From contig JADFXH010000011.1 of assembly GCA_015233675.1 (NCBI GenBank), positions 526-64,525 of the forward strand: 64,000 bases of DNA, written 5' to 3'. The notes below the pieces were generated by a model. The model worked only from the letters and a program-made list of their open reading frames with translations. It searched no databases and was not told where the DNA came from. Source of the DNA: Candidatus Omnitrophota bacterium (GTDB taxonomy: Bacteria; Omnitrophota; Gorgyraeia; Zapsychrales; Fredricksoniimonadaceae). Shown piece by piece: positions 1-7,525 of the stretch. Each line of letters opens with the position of its first letter. The first letter of the stretch is position 1. The position numbers and the translations under genes were made by a program.

Positions 1-444
1 TATAATTACGTTTATACCAATATCTTGGCAGGCACCTATACATTTTATGCTGTGGCCACGGATGTTAATGGTGTTTCAACAACCTCCAGTTCAATAACAG
101 TTACAGTGCCATCAGCAGCCCCAAGTATTACAACTCAGCCTGTTGGGGCAACGGTCACTGCGCCGGCAACAGCAAGGTTTAGTGTGGCCGCAAGCGGGAC
201 ACCAGCTCCAACGTATCAATGGCAGCAAGAAGCTTCCGGAGCCAGTACATATACGGCTATCAGCGGAGCAACAAGTGCTTCTTATATAACGCCAGCAACA
301 ACAACATCTAATAGTGGAACTAAATATGAGTGTTTTGTTACCAATACTGCAGGGAGTGTGACCAGTAATGCGGCAATCTTAACAGTCAACCCTACCGGAC
401 ATCAGCCAGCGGAACAACTATTCCCTCGTCATTGCAGATCGTAG
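1..444 (+). CDS. Ig-like (I-set/bacterial Ig) repeat surface protein, 3' part; the gene starts upstream of the window
   Basis: The frame is open from nt 1. Repeat signature TITTQPVGATVTAPATARFSVAASGTPAPTYQWQQ...YECFVTNTAGSVTSNAAILTVN is typical of bacterial Ig-like repeats. Confidence 0.65.
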   Translation, partial: YNYVYTNILAGTYTFYAVATDVNGVSTTSSSITVTVPSAAPSITTQPVGATVTAPATARFSVAASGTPAPTYQWQQEASGASTYTAISGATSASYITPATTTSNSGTKYECFVTNTAGSVTSNAAILTVNPTGHQPAEQLFPRHCRS

Positions 445-647
445 ATAGTAAAGGCACCGTCTGGACAATGGTGAACGGTTATACCTACCAGAACGGCGTT
501 GCTGATGGCGGAGGAAACCCGGGAGGCAACATCACATTGCTGCTTTATTACAACGGTTGTATTTACGTCAATACGACGACCGATGGATGGTGGAAATGGA
601 CGACGGGCTGGGTACGGGCCTCTGGGGATCCAAGAGTTACGTCTTAG
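369..647 (+). other. Probable C-terminal continuation of the Ig-repeat protein in the -1 frame (frameshift, pseudogene or sequencing error)
   Basis: The -1 frame is open from 369 and reads ...TSASGTTIPSSLQIVDSKGTVWTMVNGYTYQNG... The listed ORF start at 432 is TTG with no Shine-Dalgarno. Confidence 0.35.
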
Positions 648-710
648 CACCAGTTGTACTTGGGTTTAATTGTGGAAGCGTTTGATTCTTGGTATAATGC
701 ATACAGTAAG

Positions 711-749
711 AATGAAGATCCCTGCTATTTGTAAGCAGGGATCTTCATT
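711..749 (+). terminator. Perfect 15-bp-stem hairpin downstream of the surface-protein gene
   Basis: AATGAAGATCCCTGC (711-725) pairs with GCAGGGATCTTCATT (735-749). There is no clean T-run after it. Confidence 0.45.
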
Positions 750-774
750 GGGGAAGGCTGGTATGGAGGTTAAT

Positions 775-1449
775 ATGCGTATCCTTATAGTCGAAGATGA
801 AAGGCGTATTGCAAGCCTTGTCGCACGAGGGCTTAAAGAAGAGCATTACGCCGTTGATATAGCTAATGACGGAGAACAAGGTTTATACCTGGCTGAAATC
901 AATCCGTATGATCTGATAATTCTTGATATCATGCTTCCTGATTACAAAGGAGTAGACATATGCCGTACGCTCAGGTCTAAAGGAATTAATACGCCTATAC
1001 TGATGCTGACTGCACGGTCCTCTATCAAAGACAAAGTTACAGGGCTTAATGCCGGCGCGGATGATTATTTGACTAAGCCTTTTTCTTTCGAAGAATTGCT
1101 TGCCCGGGTCAAAGTTTTATTAAGGCGTCCGACTTCTCATAAGACCCCTATTTTAAAGGTAGCTGATCTGGAATTAAACCAGCTTAGTCATGAAGTGAAA
1201 AGAATGGACAAGGCAATAGTCTTGAGATCCAAAGAATTTGCATTGCTTGAGTATTTTATGATTCACGCCGGACAGATGATCAGCAGGTCCATGATTTCCG
1301 AACATGTATGGAATGAAGAATTTGACAGCATGTCAAATGTTATTGATGTTCAGGTCCGCAATCTGCGAAGTAAAATTGACGATGGATTTAAGAAGAAATT
1401 GATTCATACCTTGCGCGGCTCGGGGTATATTCTGAAAAATCATTCATGA
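775..1449 (+). CDS. OmpR/PhoB-family response regulator (REC + winged-helix); no adjacent kinase
   Basis: MRILIVEDE...DLIILDIMLP...LMLTAR...DDYLTKPF, and a C-terminal LRSKID...IHTLRGSGY. GGAGG at 764-768 precedes ATG 775. The 670 start in the ORF track is rejected. Confidence 0.9.
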   Translation: MRILIVEDERRIASLVARGLKEEHYAVDIANDGEQGLYLAEINPYDLIILDIMLPDYKGVDICRTLRSKGINTPILMLTARSSIKDKVTGLNAGADDYLTKPFSFEELLARVKVLLRRPTSHKTPILKVADLELNQLSHEVKRMDKAIVLRSKEFALLEYFMIHAGQMISRSMISEHVWNEEFDSMSNVIDVQVRNLRSKIDDGFKKKLIHTLRGSGYILKNHS

Positions 1450-1520
1450 AATTGAATACGCCTAGGCTGTAAATTAGTTTTCAACATGATGTAATCCTTA
1501 AGCGGATTCAAGAAAATTAA

Positions 1521-1554
1521 TTCCCTCCCCCTTGCGGGGATGGCTAGGGATATG
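1521..1554. repeat. CCCTCCCCC...GGGGAnGG G/C-rich hairpin repeat, copy A
   Basis: ttccctcccccttgcggggatggctaggga. Same core as the copies at 14612, 37132, 42862 and 44188. Confidence 0.7.
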
Positions 1555-1592
1555 GTTACAAATAGCTTGACAAAAGCTTTCCTATAAGGATA

Positions 1593-2012
1593 ATGGCATA
1601 CGAATATCCTATTATGATTTCAAAAACGAGTGTACAAACAATCAGGGCATTATTGGAATTGGCGCATCTGCCGGCAGGTAAAACGCAAGGTGTCGGCAGT
1701 ATCGCGAAGAAAATTCGTGTCCAGCAAAATTATTTAGGTAAGGTGCTACAGCGTTTGGTTAAAGAAGGCATTCTAATTTCTCAAAAAGGATTAAATGGTG
1801 GTTTTCGTTTGGCCAAAACACCTGCTCATATCAGTCTTTATGATATCGTGAGTTCTCTCGAAAATGTAAAGCGTTGGGAAGGTTGTTTTATGGGTGAGCC
1901 TGTCTGTTTGGACTCGTCTGCCTGTTGCATGCATCGGCGTTGGGATTTGGTCCGACGAACGTATGTAGACTTTCTTAAAAGCACAACGATTGCTGACTTA
2001 AAGAATAAATAA
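1593..2012 (+). CDS. Rrf2-family transcriptional regulator (NsrR/IscR-like, likely Fe-S)
   Basis: HTH region SIAKKIRVQQNYLGKVLQRLVKEGILISQKGLNGGFRLAK. Cys triad C-x6-C-x5-C (CFMGEPVCLDSSAC). The alternative start at 1614 cannot be excluded. Confidence 0.85.
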   Translation: MAYEYPIMISKTSVQTIRALLELAHLPAGKTQGVGSIAKKIRVQQNYLGKVLQRLVKEGILISQKGLNGGFRLAKTPAHISLYDIVSSLENVKRWEGCFMGEPVCLDSSACCMHRRWDLVRRTYVDFLKSTTIADLKNK

Positions 2013-2071
2013 TCTATTATTTTTTATCTTAAAATCAGACAAACAAATGTGATTATAGGATCAAGGAGAAG

Positions 2072-2389
2072 ATGATGGACAACCAAGTTTTTTCTCTCAA
2101 TCTGCTTAAAGAAATGGTCTTCCATAAAGAGGGCATCTTTAGCAAGGTCATCGCTAAATCCTCAAATTATAATTTCACCTTAATGTGTTTAGGTAAAAAC
2201 ACAGGAATTGATACTCATACGTCAACTAAGAACGGTTGCGTTTATGTTTTAAGAGGTAAAGGAACATTCAGGATTTTTGATAAGGATATACCTATGCAAG
2301 AGGGGGTGTGTATTTTCATGCCGGCCAACGCGCCGCATTCGTTAAAGGCAGATGAAGACTTAGGGCTTTTATTATCTTTAAGTGTTTAA
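2072..2389 (+). CDS. Small cupin-domain protein
   Basis: GCVYVLRGKGTFRIFDKDIPMQEGVCIFMPANAPHSL is a cupin_2-like core. AAGGAGAA lies upstream of the ATG. Confidence 0.7.
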   Translation: MMDNQVFSLNLLKEMVFHKEGIFSKVIAKSSNYNFTLMCLGKNTGIDTHTSTKNGCVYVLRGKGTFRIFDKDIPMQEGVCIFMPANAPHSLKADEDLGLLLSLSV

Positions 2390-2405
2390 ATCTAAAGGAG
2401 GATAT

Positions 2406-4064
2406 ATGGGCATGTTTTGCAGGCAGTGTGAACAAACATTTCGTTTGAAAGGTTGTGAAGATCAAGGAGTTTGCGGGAAGAGTCCGGATGTGGCCAATCT
2501 TCAAGATGCGCTTATTCATGTGCTTAAAGCAGTGGCATTCTTAGAGTGGGAGTTACGTTTAAAGAATCAGGGAAATCCAAACTATGATTTTAAAATGATG
2601 GAGGGCGTTTTTGCAACGCTCACTAATGTCAACTTTGATTGCGAAGCCATTGAAGATATGATCCGCAATGCGGCCAGAGCACGGGACCAGTTAAAATTAA
2701 AATGGATGAAGACCTACTCAGGTCAAGAGAGCCGATTGCCCAAAGAAGTCAACTGGCAGCCGGCTTCCAAACTTACTGATTTAACCACTCAAGGGATCGT
2801 TGTTGGTCTTCACGGGGCAGCGGTTCTCAGTGAAGATCAAAAATCTTTGCGTGAAATTCTCCTGTACGGCATAAAGGGCATGGCCGCGTATGCGCATCAT
2901 GCGTACCGCGTTGGACAAAACGATCCCGAAGTAACAGGGTTTCTTTATAAGGCAATGGCTTCATTAGCGGACATTGATCTGACTGTTGAAGAATTATTAC
3001 CGCTGGTCTTAGAATGCGGTAAGGCAAACTTGAGATGTTTGGAAATTTTAGATCGAGGACACACCGCTCGTTTTGGGCATCCAGAACCGACAGCCGTCAA
3101 GATAGGTCACCGCAAGGGCACCGCCATTATCGTTTCGGGACACGAACTTTTTGATCTTGAAACTTTGTTAGAGCAGACCAAGGGCAAAGGGATCAACATT
3201 TACACACATGGCGAGATGCTTCCTGCCTTGGCATACCCGCAATTAAAAAAATATGATCACCTGGTGGGGCACTTTGGGACGGCTTGGCAAAATCAGCAAG
3301 CGGAATTTGAGGGGCTGCCGGTTGCTATCCTTATGACAACAAACTGTATACAGGAGCCAAAGCCATCCTATGCAGACCGAATATTTACAACCGGCGCTGT
3401 TGGCTGGCCGGATGTTGGACATATTGAAGAGATCAACGGCAAAAAGGATTTTACACCGGTAATTCAAAAAGCATTAGCGCTGGGAGGATTTCAGGATGAA
3501 AAGATTGAGAAAGAAATCACCATCGGTTTCGCCCACAAGACTCTGATGAGTCATGCTGGCGAGATTGTTGAAGCAGTCAAGAAAGGGACCATCAAACGTT
3601 TCTTTTTGATCGGCGGCTGCGATGGGGCCCGTCCCGGACGTAATTACTTTACCAATTTTGCTGAATCTGTACCGGACGATTGTCTGATCCTCACCTTAGC
3701 TTGCGGGAAAAACCGGATCAACCGGTTGGATTACCCAACTGTTGCGGGATTTCCCAAGCTCTTGGATTGCGGACAATGCAACGATGCCTATTCTGCCATT
3801 GTTGTGGCCAAAGCTTTAAGTGAAGCTTTCCAATGCGGGATCAATGATCTTCCTTTGTCGATGATCATTTCATGGTATGAGCAAAAGGCCGTGGCTGTTT
3901 TATTGACCTTATTATATCTGGGGGTAAAGAATATTCGTTTAGGCCCATCGCTGCCAGCATTTATATCTCCCAATGTTCTTAATTTATTGGTTAAAAATTA
4001 CGACATTAAGCCGGTTAAGACGGCCAAGGAAGATTTGGAAGAAATCTTAAAAACGGGCAAATAA
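2406..4064 (+). CDS. hcp: Hybrid cluster protein (hydroxylamine/NO reductase Hcp)
   Basis: N-terminal CRQCEQT-x-C-x5-C cluster motif, full-length Hcp-like sequence, AGGAGG at 2395-2400. Start moved to 2406. Confidence 0.92.
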   Translation: MGMFCRQCEQTFRLKGCEDQGVCGKSPDVANLQDALIHVLKAVAFLEWELRLKNQGNPNYDFKMMEGVFATLTNVNFDCEAIEDMIRNAARARDQLKLKWMKTYSGQESRLPKEVNWQPASKLTDLTTQGIVVGLHGAAVLSEDQKSLREILLYGIKGMAAYAHHAYRVGQNDPEVTGFLYKAMASLADIDLTVEELLPLVLECGKANLRCLEILDRGHTARFGHPEPTAVKIGHRKGTAIIVSGHELFDLETLLEQTKGKGINIYTHGEMLPALAYPQLKKYDHLVGHFGTAWQNQQAEFEGLPVAILMTTNCIQEPKPSYADRIFTTGAVGWPDVGHIEEINGKKDFTPVIQKALALGGFQDEKIEKEITIGFAHKTLMSHAGEIVEAVKKGTIKRFFLIGGCDGARPGRNYFTNFAESVPDDCLILTLACGKNRINRLDYPTVAGFPKLLDCGQCNDAYSAIVVAKALSEAFQCGINDLPLSMIISWYEQKAVAVLLTLLYLGVKNIRLGPSLPAFISPNVLNLLVKNYDIKPVKTAKEDLEEILKTGK

Positions 4065-4122
4065 GCCCGAAGCCGGTAAAAACAGGCCGCTTATTTAATA
4101 ATGATTAGTGAAGGAGTCGTTT

Positions 4123-4602
4123 ATGGCAATTGAGCGTATTACAGAATTTTACGCTAAAGATCATGATGAGCTTGATTGGTTTCTCAAACAGTTTCAAGCG
4201 TTCAAACGTCAGGATTTTGATAAAGCAAAACCATTTTTCCGTTCCTTCAAGTTTGGTCTTCAACGTCATATTCTTTGGGAAGAGGAGATCCTTTTCCCTG
4301 TGTTTGAGAGTAAAACAGGGATGAAGGATTCCAGCCCAACAGCGGTGATGCGTCATGAGCATATCCTGATTAAAGAAGCTCTTGAAGATTTGCATGGGAA
4401 GGTCCGGGAACATGATCCGGATTCCGATATAGAAGAAAAGACGCTCATTGATATATTAAGCCAGCACAATCTCAAAGAAGAATCAATGTTGTATCCCGCC
4501 ATTGACAAGATTACAAGTGATCAAGAAAAAAAGGAGCTCTTTGATCAGATGCGCGCTCTTCCGGAAGCCCGCTATGGGCGCTGTGAATGCCACGGCCATT
4601 AA
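4123..4602 (+). CDS. Hemerythrin-like (HHE cation-binding) domain protein
   Basis: H/E motifs DHDELD, RHILWEEE, MRHEHILIKEA, QHNLKEE. GAAGGAG lies before ATG 4123. Confidence 0.75.
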   Translation: MAIERITEFYAKDHDELDWFLKQFQAFKRQDFDKAKPFFRSFKFGLQRHILWEEEILFPVFESKTGMKDSSPTAVMRHEHILIKEALEDLHGKVREHDPDSDIEEKTLIDILSQHNLKEESMLYPAIDKITSDQEKKELFDQMRALPEARYGRCECHGH

Positions 4603-4648
4603 GGCTGTTTTGTGATTCATAGAAATGAGTCCTGTCATCTATGCCAGA

Positions 4649-4665
4649 TATTGATTATATCAATA
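4649..4665. promoter_or_regulatory. 17-bp perfect palindrome TATTGAT-TAT-ATCAATA upstream of nrfH (CRP/FNR-half-site-like)
   Basis: TTGAT/ATCAA half-sites, but with a 3-nt rather than the canonical 4-nt spacer; ~170 bp upstream of nrfH. Confidence 0.25.
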
Positions 4666-4835
4666 CGGCCAAGAGTTAAAATTAAGTGGAGCTTATTTTT
4701 ATATATACCGGAATCATGGCATTTTGGTGAGGATAAGCCTTGTCCAATTTAGCTAAACCGATTATTATAGAAAATAAGCTTTCCAGAATCTGTAATAGGG
4801 GCTAGTTATATTCTTTTAATAGTTACGGGAATTTA

Positions 4836-5312
4836 ATGTCTTCTCAAAAATTTTTATTAGGCCACTGGTTTCCCATCTTAGTTTCTTTCAGTGCCGGTGT
4901 AGTTCTTGGTTTGGGCGGGTTTATTTTTATATACGCCAAAGGGTATTCTTATATCAGCAATGATCCAAGGGCTTGTGCAAACTGCCATGTTATGCAAGAG
5001 TATTATGATTCCTGGGTAAAATCTCCGCATCATCAGGCCTCAACTTGTAATGACTGCCATGTTCCCCATAGTTTTCTTTTAAAATATTGGGCAAAGGCCA
5101 GGAATGGATTTAACCACTCCAAGGCGTTTACTTTACAAAATTTCCCTCAACCAATAAGGATAAAAAAAGCAAACCTAGATTCCTTGCAGCATAATTGCAT
5201 TGATTGTCATTCGACGATGGTAGGAGATATCTCCTCACATAAAGACGTAGAAAAAGGCCAGGCAAGATGTACCCAGTGCCACCGGGGCGTTGGGCATATG
5301 AATTTAGATTGA
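4836..5312 (+). CDS. nrfH: NrfH, membrane-anchored tetraheme cytochrome c (NapC/NirT family)
   Basis: N-terminal TM helix and four CxxCH motifs (CANCH, CNDCH, CIDCH, CTQCH). Confidence 0.9.
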   Translation: MSSQKFLLGHWFPILVSFSAGVVLGLGGFIFIYAKGYSYISNDPRACANCHVMQEYYDSWVKSPHHQASTCNDCHVPHSFLLKYWAKARNGFNHSKAFTLQNFPQPIRIKKANLDSLQHNCIDCHSTMVGDISSHKDVEKGQARCTQCHRGVGHMNLD

Positions 5313-5351
5313 TAATAGCCGAAGAAAGCTTTAAAAATCGAGGGAGGGGTC

Positions 5352-6701
5352 ATGGACAAAATATCATCTTATGTTGCAGTCATTGTGTTGACGGCGCTTT
5401 TGACAGGGGCCCTGGTTGCTTTTCTTTTGAACATTCGTGAGCGCAAAGAAGAATCAAAATACCGCAACGTTAATGTTGCGCAGTTAAATGAGGAAATAAC
5501 GGACCCTGCTGTTTGGGGTCATAATTTCCCCAGAGAATACGATGGCTACAAAAAAACATCGATAAGTACCCATACTAATTACGGTGGCAGTGAGGGTATT
5601 TCAAAGCTCGATACCGACCCGCGCCTTAAAACAATTTTTGCCGGTTATGCTTTTAGTGTGGCCTACAATCCTCGCCGGGGACATTATTATTCCCTGATTG
5701 ATCAAAAAGAAACGTTGAGGACAAAAAAGTTCAAACAGGTAGGGTCTTGCCTTCAATGCCATGCCGGCGGGTTAAGAAATATTTATGAAAAAGCGGGCCA
5801 CGGGGACATGATGGCCGGTTTCGAAAAAGTCTGTGCGATGCCGCTTAAAGACGCCTGGCAGTATGCTCAACATCCTGTGGCTTGTGTGGATTGCCATGAT
5901 CCCAAGACCATGGATTTAAGGGTGACCCGGCCTGCGTTTTTAATCGGGATTAAGAAGCTAAAAGAAAAGGAAGGGCTCAAGGATTATGATCCAAACACCA
6001 TGGCTTCCCGTCAGGAAATGCGCACTTTTGTCTGCGCGCAGTGTCATGTTACATATTATTGCGGATCTAAGGAGAAACTATTTTATCCTTGGGGCAATGG
6101 GATAAAGGTTGAACAGATAGAAGATTTTTATGATAATTTTAAATTTAAAGATGACCATAGGTTTTATGATTGGAAGCATGAAATTACCGGTGCGGAAGTG
6201 ATAAAAGCCAAACATCCTGAATTTGAAATGTGGAGCCAGGGTGTCCACTCCAAAAGCGGGGTCGCTTGCGCGGATTGCCATATGCCTTACATGCGGGAGG
6301 GGGCAACCAAAATCACCGATCATTATATCCGCAGTCCCCTGTTGAATGTATCTAGGGCCTGTTTACAGTGCCATCATTTCACTGAGGAAGAAATGCTGGG
6401 GCGTGTTAAAACGATTCAGGACATCAACCGTAAGCTTCTTGACCGCGCGGAAGATGCCTTGGTTGCTTTGATTAATAAGTTAGCTGAGGCTAAAAAAGGA
6501 AAAATTCCGGAAGAGGAGTTAATCCCGATTTATGAGTTTCAACGCAAGGCCCAATGGAGAATAGATTTTGTCAACGCAGAGAATTCCATGGGGTTCCACG
6601 CTCCCCAGGAAGCTGCCAGAATATTGGGTGAAGCTATTGATTATGCCAGGCAGGGTGAAGTACAAGCCGAAGGTCTTTTAGCCAAACATCCGGTTAATTA
6701 A
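5352..6701 (+). CDS. nrfA: NrfA, pentaheme ammonia-forming nitrite reductase, all-CxxCH variant
   Basis: Five CxxCH motifs (CLQCH, CVDCH, CAQCH, CADCH, CLQCH), NrfA-like length and order, directly downstream of nrfH. Confidence 0.88.
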   Translation: MDKISSYVAVIVLTALLTGALVAFLLNIRERKEESKYRNVNVAQLNEEITDPAVWGHNFPREYDGYKKTSISTHTNYGGSEGISKLDTDPRLKTIFAGYAFSVAYNPRRGHYYSLIDQKETLRTKKFKQVGSCLQCHAGGLRNIYEKAGHGDMMAGFEKVCAMPLKDAWQYAQHPVACVDCHDPKTMDLRVTRPAFLIGIKKLKEKEGLKDYDPNTMASRQEMRTFVCAQCHVTYYCGSKEKLFYPWGNGIKVEQIEDFYDNFKFKDDHRFYDWKHEITGAEVIKAKHPEFEMWSQGVHSKSGVACADCHMPYMREGATKITDHYIRSPLLNVSRACLQCHHFTEEEMLGRVKTIQDINRKLLDRAEDALVALINKLAEAKKGKIPEEELIPIYEFQRKAQWRIDFVNAENSMGFHAPQEAARILGEAIDYARQGEVQAEGLLAKHPVN

Positions 6702-6778
6702 GGATCTTCTGCTATGAAGAGTGATCAAAAGAATTAACCAGGAGGTTTGCAGGGCCTTTAAGCCATAAGTTTCCTCAT

Positions 6779-7525
6779 ATGATCACAACTAGGAATATTA
6801 CAAAATATTTTGGTCACGTACAAGCGCTTAAGAACGTTTCCTTTGAAATTAACAAAGGGGAAATTGTGGGGTTTTTGGGGCAGAATGGCGCGGGCAAGAC
6901 AACATTGATGCGCATTTTGACATCCTACCTTCCGGCTTCATCAGGGCTGGTCATGATTGACGGCAAAGACATAACTAAAAATTCTTTATCCATCCGTCAA
7001 AAAATTGGGTATTTGCCTGAGACCCCGCCGCTGTACACGAATATGACGGTTAAGGATTATTTGAAATTCGCAGCCAGAATCAAGGATGTCTCTGCCCATC
7101 GTTTAAAACGGCAATTAGATAAGGTTTTGGAGGAATGCCAGCTTGCAAGCGTTAAGGACAAGACGATCGGGACTTTATCTAAAGGGTATAAACAACGCGT
7201 CGGTATTGCCCAGGCCATTATCCATGAGCCTAGGTTGCTTATTCTTGACGAGCCAACCAACGGTCTTGACCCTATCCAGAACCTTCAAGTGCGTAAACTC
7301 ATCAAGAGTCTTAAAGATGAACGGACCGTTATTTTAAGCACGCATATATTGTCCGAAATCGAGCAAATAGCCCAACGTGTGCTTATTATTAAGTCTGGTG
7401 AGATTATTGTCGATGATCTCCTGGATGTCATCCTTGGGAAACATCAAAGTGACCCCTCAAAACGTTTAAGTTTGGAAGATTTTTTTGTGAAATGTCATAG
7501 TCAAGCAGGTGATGTTTGTGAATAA
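6779..7525 (+). CDS. ABC transporter ATP-binding protein (GldA/ABC-2 type)
   Basis: Walker A GQNGAGKTT, signature LSKGYKQR, Walker B LLILDEPT. Confidence 0.9.
   Translation: MITTRNITKYFGHVQALKNVSFEINKGEIVGFLGQNGAGKTTLMRILTSYLPASSGLVMIDGKDITKNSLSIRQKIGYLPETPPLYTNMTVKDYLKFAARIKDVSAHRLKRQLDKVLEECQLASVKDKTIGTLSKGYKQRVGIAQAIIHEPRLLILDEPTNGLDPIQNLQVRKLIKSLKDERTVILSTHILSEIEQIAQRVLIIKSGEIIVDDLLDVILGKHQSDPSKRLSLEDFFVKCHSQAGDVCE

Noticed and set aside
670-774. N-terminal extension of the response regulator, and similar extensions at 23514, 24991, 39015 and 41632.
   Set aside because: The extensions cross hairpins or upstream gene ends and lack an RBS. Internal ATGs preceded by GGAGG-type sites coincide with the conserved domain starts.
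1567-1595. TTGACA-16-GATAAT promoter-like motif directly overlapping the ATG of the Rrf2 gene.
   Set aside because: A -10 element overlapping the start codon would force a different, SD-less start (ATG 1614). This is plausible but cannot be decided from sequence alone, so it is not reported as a feature.
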